NCBI GenBank assembly: GCA_017654855.1
Contig: CM030332.1
Coordinates: 2,666,001 to 2,730,000, forward strand
Length of the DNA: 64,000 nucleotides
Source of the DNA: Podospora anserina
Lineage: Eukaryota
Reading direction: 5' to 3'
Position numbers and translations under genes: made by a program. This document shows, piece by piece, positions 12,781 through 23,864 of this stretch. The stretch's first letter is position 1. Every line of letters starts with the position of its first letter. The notes beneath the pieces are model-generated. The model searched no databases, was not told where the DNA came from, and was given only the letters and a program-made list of their open reading frames with translations.

Positions 12781-14740
12781 TTAAGCCTTCGCACGCTGTA
12801 CTTTCCACCAGTCCCCAACTCGAAGGCTGTCCATCAAGCGTACAATTTCATACTCGTCAGTCATAGGATATGTTTCCGCTTTTGGTCTAACTAACCACCT
12901 ACTGCCCTTCTCACCCGCCTTGTTGAAATACACTTCCCTGGGGGAGGGCAAGACAAACGTCTGTTCCACTAGGCAACGCGATTCGTGCTTTTCATAGTCG
13001 GACCAAGTGCCTGCCAGGGGTTGATTTATCTGACAGCAGCATGTCTGCCCTCTGACAACCATCATTTGGGAAGGCTTGTGGAAAACTCGAATCCTGCACA
13101 AGTCAAAACGGCACTTGCCCAGGCAATTTGGGCGCCGTTGTTGTAGCTGAGCACCATGCCGTAGACTTGGTTACTTGTCCAGCTATGAGTCTTTGCTTTG
13201 TTGTTTGCTGGAAAGTAGAACAATTGAATGCTGGCTAGATCACCGAGTCGAGCGAAACTGTCGCGGCTCAAGTGAGCATCGCGTGGGCGCAACGGTGGTA
13301 CGGGGCTTGGTTGACCGATGCTAGGGTCACGATAACCCTGAACAGAAAGTGCTGATGGTTTCTGATAGGAACCATCGCGGTTCATTTTGAGATGGAGAAC
13401 CAGTGCCGTGGGCATGATGCTGTGCTCATTTACCATGTAGGTCTGATGGCTGTTGTACCGTAGACAAAATAGACCCCCAACCCAACCGATACCAGAGAGC
13501 TCCCTGCGAAACTATGATGTGATATGTAAGCATGCTGCGGACAGAACAAGCAGAGTAGTCATGAGCATGCGATACAACATACCAGTAATGCCGTATGGTA
13601 GCCCAGAACAACTTCACGACATGCCGTGATTTTGTCGCCGGGTGGGGTAGGAACGTATATCCATTGGCAATGATTCAAAGACTTGGGCGCAGTGGCGGCA
13701 CAGGGGTATGATCCATCCGTATGGGCGTGAACGCCCTTGATGCCATCCCCGCCGACCATAAAAGTGATACAACTCGCCCTGTTCCAATTCCACGGTCCAA
13801 CACCGCTCAACCATAGGCGGTAGGTTTATCCTAGTAGGGGGTGTGGGCGTGTCCCATATGGGGATTGCGAATCTGGATTTACACTCCCCAGACGTAAGGC
13901 GCCCGAGACCAGACTACCAAGGCAAGGTCAGTATCGGTGAGGGCGCTGATAGAGGAGCCAGAGGGACAGACCTTGAACCACAAAACGGCCCCTCGCACAT
14001 CCCTTTCATCAAACACTGCAAAGGCCTTCGATTCGGACCTCCCAGGGCGATGAGCGGGCTTTTCTTGTAGCCTTTCAACCCTCTGAAGTCCGCGCGAGTC
14101 GACGGTCAGACGAATGATCTGTGGCATGGCCGACTCACAACCGTTTGCTGCGAGGACAGGTTCTCCGCCGCGCTCCCAAGCGGAAATCTTGGATAGATGA
14201 AAAGCTTGTGGCATGACAGACAGCGGGGGCCCATTTCCCGTGAGCCCAATCACTCGAGTGAGCCTCCAAACAAGGTTGTCGGCCGAAAAGTTTTGGATCA
14301 TCTTCGTAAGCTCGGGTGGCAGCCGGGTAAGCTGGGGCAAGCCCGAGAGCTGCAGCAAAATGGTGTACAGGGAGGATCTCGATGTTGCTATTCTCTAGTT
14401 GTGGCTTGGGGCGAATATTCCATGGTTGGCTCCATATGGAAAGCTCCCGCAGCGCTGTCAGTACCTCCTGCTCTGATATTTGGCGGTATCGCACAAAGAT
14501 ACGGAAGCAGTCATCGTGTACTGAGAGGCGGTTAGAAACTGTGCTTCATGGTGAATGACAAGATACCAATTACCCCGCGAACGCTGTTCCTGACTCTTGA
14601 GTTCTTGTGCAGCGAAGGCTCGGATCAGCGCCGAAAACTTTCAGATTCGTCAGTCGTGTCGGCCTGAAGCTCCTGTGCCGGCCATCTTCCAGATAGCCAG
14701 GCGACCAACAGTCGCAGAGGGCGCAGCGCGATTTCCACAT
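12781..14740 (-). pseudogene. Disrupted gene of an uncharacterised fungal family (H-x-D-C...W-x-x-PW...F-box-like LPPELxxxI), with introns and at least 3 frameshifts
   Basis: Consecutive fragments read as one protein only with frame changes near 14343, 13778 and 13122: HDDCFRIF..LSIWSQPW..AALG/LPQLTRLPPELTKMI..IWDTPTPP../SCITFMVGG.GIKGVHAH..FRRELSG..GMVLSYNNGAQIA/LGKCRFD. Intron-like segments 13971-13914, 13582-13512 and about 14573-14521. The 5' end is uncertain. Confidence 0.7.
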
Positions 14741-15827
14741 GAGTGCGGTCGCAGTTGATACTGGTAGGCGTCAATGGTTGAGGTCAAACACAGAAGAAGG
14801 TTGGCTTTTTTTCTTCTTCGAAAAACCAACCGGTGTCGAGAAAATTAAGCTCTCAACACAAGCCACAAGCCTGATTGATGTCTTGACCACTGCCATTTTG
14901 ACAAGCCCTCAGCCCAGTTTTCGTAGCCACATGTGGAGAGAGCCGATGAGGCTTGTAAACTTAGTTCTGTACCTTCACAGGGTCAACTCGACATAGTTCG
15001 AGAGGGTAATGTTATGAGAGCTCGCTCTCTCTCTTATACCATGATATCAAAAGGGGAAGCCGATGATGAGAATGAAAAAGGTAACGCGTTGCAACGCCGT
15101 CTCAGCCAGGCCGTCTTACACGGCTTCGGGACCAATCGGAGCTGCTGATGGGCATGCGGGGTTAGCCGCTTCGTGCATGTGCATCATGGACATCTGCGGT
15201 AGCTTCTGAACACAGTCACCTGCAATTGCAAAAATATCTGCAACTGTCTCTGCATTGCATCATCAACTCTGGATGCCGCTCCCGGCCGATGGCCTGGGCT
15301 TCGGAGCTTCCTCATCACCCCCGCTCCAGTGGATATTGAGACGATGTCGGACGGGAGGCTGGGGACCAGTTGCACCTGCATCTCGTCAAGTGACAAGAGA
15401 TGGGATGATGTTTACAACAGCCACGACACCCCTTGCTGTTTAGCTTCTTTCTTTATTTCATCCTCTTTCCTCTTTGTTTTCCTATGAAAATTCATCCGAC
15501 CCTGTCTTTCTTGACATATTCCAGCCTGTCACCCGCATCCTCCACTGACGGCCATTTCCCCACAGTCGCTTGGCAGCCCCGCAAGGACCGGGGCTGCAAG
15601 AAGCGTTTCTTGGCTGCTTGGAGCTATTCAGAATCCCCACCCTCAGAGCTTGTTATCGGCCGGCCCCCTCCAAGTCCAAGCCATTGACGAACCAAAGATC
15701 CTGTTGTTCGTCCAGTCTTTGGTCCGACTCGGATATAAGTCTCGTCCAAGGTCGTGACGGCGAAAACAGACTTTTCCCCTTCTTGCTGTTCTTCCCCGTG
15801 CCCGCAAAGCCCAAGCACAAGCCCACC

Positions 15828-17634
15828 ATGTCACTGCATCGTGTTGCGTCGCTCGAAACTTTCGCCATCCTCCCAACCGACCAGAGGTCAAGGAGGAGCT
15901 CCGATGCTTCGGCTCGCGCCCGCAAATTAACCTTCAACCCACTCCCGCAAGAATGGGATCCTCCAGCTGGCCTGGACCAACTTCATGCCGTTGGCGCCTT
16001 TGAGGTGCCTCGCTGGAAGCGTCTACGTAGGTCTCGCATCTCCTCACTGTGGCCTTTTGGTGTCGTTGCCCCAGTGTGCTCATGCAGTGTGTGAGAACAG
16101 TCCAGGTTGCCGCCGCCGTCTTCTACTGCCTCTTCGCGTCCGGTGTTGTCTTTGGATATGCCGCCATCAAGCCAGTCCTCAAGTCGGAGGGTGCCTACAA
16201 AGATATCTGCTCAGCCCCGGGCGGCCTAGTCAGTGAGGACACATGCATAGAGATACATCTGAACTTGATGTTCACGGTGGCTGCTGTGGCTACGAATGTT
16301 GCTGCTCTCCCTATTGGAGCTATCCTCGATCACTATGGGCCTCGGGTGTGTGGTGTACTTGGCAGTCTCTTCCTGGCCATTGGCGCGGCGCTGATGGCCA
16401 ACGAGAGCCGCTTGCCTTTTGACGGCTTGTTGCTTGGTTATCTTTTCCTGGCTCTGGGAGGCCCCTTTACCTACATCTCGTCGTTCCAGCTGTCCAATGC
16501 CTTCCCCAAAAACTCGGGTCTCATTTTGGCCCTCTTGACGGGCGCTTTCGACGCCTCCAGCGCCTTGTTCTTGGTGTACCGGATCATCTTTCAAAAGTCA
16601 GAGGGCGCCTTTGGACATCAGCGGTTCTTCATGGTGTACTTGATTGTACCTGTGGTGATCATCATCTTGCAGTTTACGCTGATGCCATCTCAGTCTTACA
16701 AGACGGTTGGTGAGCTGGTGGAGGAGATCGAGGAGCCAGTCGCCGAGGAACCGGATGACCAGGTTGACGAAGAAACCGCCCTGCTCCAGGAGGAGGAAAG
16801 GCAACATCGCGCTGATGTCATCGAGGGTCTCCAGAACGTGCTCGGCTCGGCCAAGGCGGACAAGCAAGCGAAACGCGAGGAGCGCAAGAATGAGATCTCG
16901 GGTGTCTGGGGTGTCATGCACCCCTACACGTCTTGGGAGCAGATCAAGTCCCCTTGGTTTATTTTGATCTGCGCTTTTACTGGTATGCTGCTGCTTTATC
17001 TGATCCTCGACGTGCGTCTAATGTTTGGTTGTTCACAGTTATCCAAATGACCCGCATCAACTACTTCGTTGCCACAATTCGCGCCCAGTACGAAGCCATC
17101 TTTGGCTCTATCGAAAAAGCGGCCGAAATCAACGAATTCTTCGACCTCGCTCTCCCCATCGGCGGTATTCTCAGCATTCCCTTCATTGGTATGATTCTCG
17201 ACCACACCAGCACCGTTACCGTGCTTGCCTGCCTCGTCACATGCGCCACCACGATCGGCGTCCTGGGTATCATCCCGCAGACATGGGCTGCGTACGGAAA
17301 TATTTGCCTGTTTGTTCTTTACCGTCCATTTTATTACACGGCGGTGTCGGACTACAGCGCCAAGGTGTTTGGATTCAGGACGTTTGGCAAGGTTTACGGT
17401 ACGATTATCTGCCTGTCTGGCGTCTTCAACTTCTCGCAGTCTGGGTTGGATTTCTTGTTTCACCAAACCTTCAAGGGCAATCCTCTTCCGGTGAATGTGA
17501 TGTTGTTGAGTTTGGGGTTGGCAGTTGGTCTCGGGCTGGTAGGCTTCGTGGCTATCAAGGCAAAGATGATCAAGAGGAAGATGCTTTCAGAGGAGGCATA
17601 CGGTGCGTTCAGTGACCCAAGGTGGAATCACTAG
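15828..17634 (+). CDS. FMP42: MFS transporter, FMP42/SLC43-like. Exons 15828-16026, 16101-16982, 17039-17634
   Basis: CLFASGVVFGYAAIKPVL, GAILDHYGPR, SSFQLSNAFP, LTGAFDASS, QMTRINYFVATI, YRPFYYTAVSDYSAKVFGFRTFGKVYG; many hydrophobic helices; introns preserve the frame. Confidence 0.88.
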
Positions 17635-18474
17635 GGGAGGTCCAGCTTCAGCAAGAAGAGCAGGAGAAACAGATTGTCGCGGAGTTATCAGAATAGCGGG
17701 GGTGATTTGTAAAAAGAAGCAAGATGAATGTTGGAAAGGAAAAGGAAAAGGGATTGGAGGACCATAATGGTGTTTTTGTGTGACATGGACAAATCGGTTT
17801 GGATGATACCTGCATGGTGGGAGGAGGAACGCATGGGCACATGGCGATGGCGCACTAAGGATTTTTGGTTTAACGGGGCATTTATGTTGAGCATGAGTGG
17901 TAAGCAAAGCAGTCGAATATTTAACATTTGCATATCGGACCTTTGCCCGCTTTCTCTCTCGTGATACCTTGAGTACGGGTCACAGTTGCTGCTTGGACAA
18001 GACTATTACCAGTGGGCGACACCTAACCTACCAAATTGGCGCGCACGACGTCATTTTAATCTTTTCGATGTCTATAAACCTAGAAAACTATCGTTTCGAC
18101 ACCTGCTCTTGAACAAGACTGGCAACATATTGCGCAAGACCAATCGAAGACTCTCGTACAAGTATCTATCCAACCTGTTTCAAAAACCATCAACCATATT
18201 TCAAGATACCTCTTATGGACTACCTGTCTTCTGTTCCACTGGATTATCATTGTTCAAAAGCCTTCTGAAATCAGCTAGAAAGACGGCACGCTGCCTCAAA
18301 AAACCATTCGCACGGTGTTGAAAGACACACCAGTAATACCACATGGCCACCCGAGTACACTTGAAAATAACCTATACTCTCGACCTGCCAACTCCCTGAA
18401 TTCTTCTCCTCATAATCTCACCCTCCAAACTACAACCAGACCAATCCTAGGTGGCAAAGAAGAAAAACCCCTTC

Positions 18475-19977
18475 CTAAACAGCCATCTCCCCCTCCACTC
18501 CCAACCCCTGCTCCTTCACCCTCCGCTCCACCTCATCCCCCTCCCTCTCCCCCCTCTCCTCCTTCAACCTCTCCTCCACCTCATCCCTCACCGGCCCCAA
18601 ATCCGGCGGGATAATACTGCTCTGCACGCTCGGCGCGTGCTGCACAAACCTCAACTGCTCATGCACATGCGCCACAATGTCCCTCAGCCTCTTCTCTGTA
18701 TTCTTGTTATTCCTCGGCTCACTCATACTCTGCTCCAGCGTCGGGAAAAGCGTCTCGTGCACAAAGTGCTGCCTCCACGGCGCATGCTGCGGGATCTCCG
18801 CCGGAATGTTCTGGTCGGCGCCAATCGCGATGGAGGTCTCGTACGCCCACGCCCTGGCCACGTTTCGGGGCGTGTACCCCCCCCCACCAAACAAAATCAT
18901 GGGAATGCCTAGACTTTTGCAAAACCTCACGCAGGCCGCGTGACCCTCTACCTTCAGATTGAACCTACCAAGTCGGTCGCCCGCAAGAGAGTCGGCGCCG
19001 CACTGGAGGGCGATCGCACTCGGGCGGAACGTGGTGTTGACTTGCCCAATGATGGACTTGAACAGGTGCTCGTACTGCTCGTCTGTGATGCCGTCGTTGA
19101 GGGGGACGTTGATGGCGTGGTGAGCTCCGGGGTTGTGCTCGGATTTCGGACCGTTGTCGTTCAGCCCGCCGGTGCCGGGAAAAAAGACTTCGGGTTGGTA
19201 CTTGTGGAACGAGACGGTCATGACGCGGTCGGTGCTGAAGAAGGCCTCTTCTACGCCGTCGCCGTGGTGGACGTCAATGTCGATGTATAACACGCGGGGG
19301 TAGAGCCGCAAGAGCTGGAGGATGGCGAGGACGATGTCGTTGATGTAGCAGAACCCGGAGGCTTCGGACTTTTTGGCGTGGTGAAGGCCACCGCCCCAGG
19401 CGATGGCGATGTCGGATTGTTTGTTGCAGATTTTGCGGGCGGCGTCTAGGGAGGTGCCGGCTGACATGGAGCAGTAGTCGTAGAGACCGTGGAAGAGGGG
19501 ACAGTCGGAACCGCCGAGGTTGAACTTGACGTCCTTGTCGGGGTTATCCAGGTCTCGGGGTTGGTCCTCTGGGGCGGCCGTCGCGAGGTAGTCCAGATAA
19601 TCGCTCGAGTGGAAAGAGTTCAGCTCTTCGTAGGTGGCGTGCCGGGTGTTGTAGTTGTCCATGGCGAAGGGCATGCCATAGGCTGTCACCAAGCTTTTGG
19701 TGAGAGTTAAACGCCAGGGCTTCATTGGGTGGGTTTGGCCAAAATGGTGCTTTTCCATCTCGGAGGTCGCGTGGTATGAGACCGTGTACCCTTTGGGTCT
19801 GACGATGTTGAACTCTTGGGCGGCGAGCTTCATTTTCTCAAAGTAGGCGGCGTTTTCGTGGTCGCTGGCCCTTCCGAGTGGGATCTCGAATTCCTCCACG
19901 ACTGGATCCATGTCGATGTTGTGAGGGAGGTAATTTGTCTTTGGCGGACGCCAGCGGTACGAATCGACGTCCATCAT
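18475..19977 (-). CDS. HOS2: Class I histone deacetylase, Hos2 type
   Basis: HHFGQTHPMKPWRLTL, DCPLFHGL, WGGGLHHAKKSEASGFCYINDIV, YIDIDVHHGDGVEEAF, QCGADSLAGDRLG, GGGGYT. First ATG at 19977. Confidence 0.93.
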   Translation of the reverse strand: MMDVDSYRWRPPKTNYLPHNIDMDPVVEEFEIPLGRASDHENAAYFEKMKLAAQEFNIVRPKGYTVSYHATSEMEKHHFGQTHPMKPWRLTLTKSLVTAYGMPFAMDNYNTRHATYEELNSFHSSDYLDYLATAAPEDQPRDLDNPDKDVKFNLGGSDCPLFHGLYDYCSMSAGTSLDAARKICNKQSDIAIAWGGGLHHAKKSEASGFCYINDIVLAILQLLRLYPRVLYIDIDVHHGDGVEEAFFSTDRVMTVSFHKYQPEVFFPGTGGLNDNGPKSEHNPGAHHAINVPLNDGITDEQYEHLFKSIIGQVNTTFRPSAIALQCGADSLAGDRLGRFNLKVEGHAACVRFCKSLGIPMILFGGGGYTPRNVARAWAYETSIAIGADQNIPAEIPQHAPWRQHFVHETLFPTLEQSMSEPRNNKNTEKRLRDIVAHVHEQLRFVQHAPSVQSSIIPPDLGPVRDEVEERLKEERGEREGDEVERRVKEQGLGVEGEMAV

Positions 19978-20271
19978 TTCGAAGTGGTGGTGGGTTTGTG
20001 TGAGATGGGATGAAAATCTCAGGTGAGTGAAGGGCTTGGGAACGAGCTTTCTTCGAAAGAAATACGGGCCCTGCCGCCGAGCTTCATAAAATATACGGGC
20101 CTCGCCTCGGAACAAGCTGGAGCTCGAAGTTGAGCAAGCTCTCGATGTACAAAAATTTCGACGAATATACTGACTTGTGATGAATGATAGCTCGCTGAGA
20201 TGAAAACCGTCGCGTAAAATTCACCAGTGCAGTCACGTAAATGATTCCAGCTGGTTATCGCTTCACGACGG

Positions 20272-20299
20272 TGATGATGGTGATGATGATGATGATGAT
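20272..20299. repeat. Imperfect (GAT)n microsatellite in the HOS2-YNG2 intergenic region
   Basis: Directly visible tgatgatggtgatgatgatgatgatgat. Confidence 0.85.
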
Positions 20300-21158
20300 C
20301 GTGATTTCTGCACCTGGGTATCCTACAACCGTGATAGACAGTAAAAGACTGCCTGTGTGAAGTGAGGAACTGTGTAGTGTAACAAATTGATTGTGTTTGA
20401 AAGACGGTGCTGAGTTGAGATCTTGAAAAGACCCTGGCGCCGGAAGCTGCCCATCTGCAAATGGTGGTTGCACCAGTCTGGCGTGGCGATCCCTAACCGT
20501 GAAAGAGGCTAACCGCTTTGGGCCTAGTCAGCCGTAATCCGGCAGGGGCAGCCTTTCTCCATTTTTGACGATTAACTCCACAGCCGCCACACCAGAAACC
20601 TTTCCCTTTGGTGGACAGGGATCATATCAACTTGCATACAGTAACCTCCATCCACACGTAGCGACAAACACCACCGTGAAAAGGTCCTTTTTTTCTTTTT
20701 CGACAACAGGAAAAAGAGACAGTCGTGTTGTCTGGCTCCTGAGGTGAGCAAGCGGAATCTTTGCTCTTGACCCAAAACCCCAAGCTCTCCCCAAACAAGC
20801 CTCAAGAGCACCGAGGCACGCTGCGTCATTCTCGGCTTGGAGTCGTCCCACTCGCGACTCCACGCGCCTGCTCTCGCTTTTGCTCTCTTCCCTGCCCCAG
20901 TCTCTCTCTCTCTCTCTATATCGATTTCATCTCACTCAATGCGCATTCGGAGTTTATAAGCGTTGATATACATCCGCTTTTTTTTTTCTCTCTCTCAGTC
21001 TTTTCATTCGAGTTCTCTCCTTCAACAGCCAGACCTGCCCAAGAGTCGATGTCAGGATTTCCCTAAATTTTGACTGCGCTATACCCTTCAACTTATCAGT
21101 CTTACTTTTCATACCGCCATATAAGCACACGCTGAACTCGCGTGAGTTAACACTCATC

Positions 21159-22763
21159 ATGCCTAGAGACGATCTATCCATCGATTTCGTGCGCAAAATG
21201 CCACCAGTCGAGCAGCTTGACCCGGCACTGGTCCTGGATGAGTTTATCAACCGGGCTCAGAATCTTCCCGAGGAAGTTCGCTTTATGCAGGAGGAGCTTC
21301 GAGATAAGGAACTGCGGTATACGGCACTCAACAAGGAAAAGGACGAGCTGGATGAACGGTTACAGAAATGGATCAAGGCACATGGCAGCCACCAGCCCAA
21401 CCCGAAGGAGGCAGAAATCCGCGCAAAGGCAATAAAGAACTATGACTTGCTTCAACAACTATCCGACGAAAAGCTTGCCCTCAGCGCCAAAGTACTACAG
21501 GCTATAGAGAAACACACCCGCCATCTCGACATACAAATCAAGATGTTGTATGACCGGAACGAGCCAGGATTTGCCGACCCGGATGAGCTGCCGTCTCTAA
21601 TCCGCCCAAGCGCTGCCAATATCACAAACAGTCCCATTGTTCGCCCCCCAAGCGGCACCAACGGGTCTTCTCTCAGTCACCTCGCAAACAGTGTATCACA
21701 ATCTTCCATGCGTGGTTCCAACTCTCAGGTTCGAAATACCCAGGCTCAACATCATGGCTCGGCCTCGGCCCCCGCAACCCCAGCAGCAAGCATGATCATG
21801 AATCGGCAAGCCCGCGAAGGGTCCGCCGGTCCTCCCAAACGTGGCCCCCGTCTCAACACAAGCCTCTCCAACCTCCCAACCACATCCTCCGGCCTGGCCC
21901 GCCATTCCTCCCTCGGCCCCGGCACCCCAAAGGGCCACACAACCGCAGCAGGAAACCAACGAGCCGGCAGCGCCGGCCCCAGAGCCTCATCTAAGGCATC
22001 AGGCTCTGGAGTCGCCAACCGCAAAGCCGGCACCCCCTCCAGCAGCTCGGGTCGCATCTCTGCCTCCCACAAAAAAGGCTCCTCCCTCGGTGGGAACGAC
22101 CCCCGAAGCGGAACAGCCAACAAATCCGGCCTCTCCCGCGTCAAGCGCGCAGCAAAGAACTCTCCCTCCTCCACAGCGGAAAGTGAACTCTCAGACGCGG
22201 AATCGGCCGTCAGCGGCGAGGAAAGTGATGCTGCCCCATCAAGAAACAGCACCGGCAACAACGCAAGGGGAACCCCCTCTTTACCTCGTCAAAACTCGGG
22301 AAGCCACCAGTCTCTGGGTAATCAGCCCACGAGCAGCTCCACGAAGAACTCGCCTCACGCGGCTCACGTCCACAAGGCTGGCGGCGGCGGGCCGGGGAAT
22401 CATCATGGCCCGCCACCGCCGTCGCACAACAGACATCATGATGACGACGATGCGATGGACATTGAGGAGGATGACGCGGGGGATGACAAGAAGTATTGCT
22501 CGTGTCGGAACGTGAGCTATGGGAACATGGTGGCGTGTGATAATGATGATTGTCCGTATGAGTGGTTTCATTGGGGGTGTGTGGGGTTGAAGAGCGAGCC
22601 GAACGGGACGTGGTTTTGTCCTGACTGTAGTCGGGCCGCGGCTGGGGGGGATAATAGGAAGAAGGTTGTTGGTGGAGGGGGAGGGGGAGGTGGTGGAGGG
22701 GGAGGGGGAGGTGGTGGGCATGGGAGTAGGCCGGGTGGTGGGGGGGTTGGTGTTGGGGCATGA
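21159..22763 (+). CDS. YNG2: ING-family PHD-finger protein (Yng2-like, NuA4 subunit)
   Basis: N-terminal ING helical domain ([24 protein letters not shown]) and [47 protein letters not shown]. Confidence 0.88.
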   Translation: MPRDDLSIDFVRKMPPVEQLDPALVLDEFINRAQNLPEEVRFMQEELRDKELRYTALNKEKDELDERLQKWIKAHGSHQPNPKEAEIRAKAIKNYDLLQQLSDEKLALSAKVLQAIEKHTRHLDIQIKMLYDRNEPGFADPDELPSLIRPSAANITNSPIVRPPSGTNGSSLSHLANSVSQSSMRGSNSQVRNTQAQHHGSASAPATPAASMIMNRQAREGSAGPPKRGPRLNTSLSNLPTTSSGLARHSSLGPGTPKGHTTAAGNQRAGSAGPRASSKASGSGVANRKAGTPSSSSGRISASHKKGSSLGGNDPRSGTANKSGLSRVKRAAKNSPSSTAESELSDAESAVSGEESDAAPSRNSTGNNARGTPSLPRQNSGSHQSLGNQPTSSSTKNSPHAAHVHKAGGGGPGNHHGPPPPSHNRHHDDDDAMDIEEDDAGDDKKYCSCRNVSYGNMVACDNDDCPYEWFHWGCVGLKSEPNGTWFCPDCSRAAAGGDNRKKVVGGGGGGGGGGGGGGGGHGSRPGGGGVGVGA

Positions 22764-23864
22764 GGAGGGTTGATAAGCAGGTGTTTTCTGGAATGTAGCG
22801 AGGATTTAAGATAGAAGGCGAAAGATGTCAAACTGGTTGCTTGTAGAGAGGCGCTTGATGTTTTGTGATTAAATTGTTCAGGGTGTGTATATATGCTTCT
22901 TGTGTATGTTGTTGTTCATTGCCAATCTAACCTGGCGAGAGCGAGCTACATTAGGGGGGGGGATGATTAACACTACACCTAAAAAGTTCAATAGATGGCT
23001 TAGGTTAGAATACCAGCTCACCCGTCGCTGTATGTTTATTGGACTACGCATACAATCTGAAACTACACCATTCATCATGCCCAAACGGCATGTACGTCGT
23101 GAAATACCTAAAGAAAAGTTCGTGTGATATTACACTGCTAGGCTGTTATGCCTCACGACTAGGGCGGGCACACTTGCCCCCAGAATATGTTATGACAAAA
23201 GGTAGTTGGTTCAAAGAACCGAGAGTGTATTCATGGGCTTGTTCCAATATTTGCTGCTACCTATCTTGGTGTTTATGATGCTCTTGAAACACAAGAGACT
23301 GGACACTTTTCTTTTGAACAACATGAGACGAAATGCTGGGACGACTTCAGGCCGTACAACAGAAGCGCACAAACATAACCTCGGGATGAGCAAGAATGGA
23401 AGGAACAATAAAGAAAGTTTCAAGGGCATCGTCTGCTCAAAGTAGCTCTCCCCACAAAAGCCAACCCAAGCACAAGATAATGTCATTCATATTCACCAAT
23501 CACAAGCAGAGCAATATCATAAAAACAAATTCTACAGGCTACCATTTACTATCCCATATCTTCCACAGGATCAAGCCTTCCGTGTGTATTTTTTTCTTCT
23601 TCCCCAACCTTCAACCACCGGGCAAAAGATACCCTGCCCTCAGATTACTTTTTAAACAACAAAAAAAAAACACAAGTAATCCGCCCAAGTCCTTTCCCGT
23701 CTTTCCCACAACTCAAGGCTTAGAACTCGCCATGGTATATCTAAGCAATCCTGTTTCAAGGTGATGTCCAACCTGCAACAGAAGCAACAAAACCCAGCCA
23801 GTACTGTTAACAGCAACACAAAAACCAAACGCTATGTCCATGCCCGATTCTAACAAAAAACACC

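Noticed and set aside
19978-20115. N-terminal extension of HOS2 from a TTG start
   Set aside because: No family similarity; the first ATG at 19977 is more plausible.
20481-20500. CCCTAACC as a telomerase RNA template or telomeric repeat
   Set aside because: Single short match, no array, and the spacer seems too short for a filamentous-fungal telomerase RNA.
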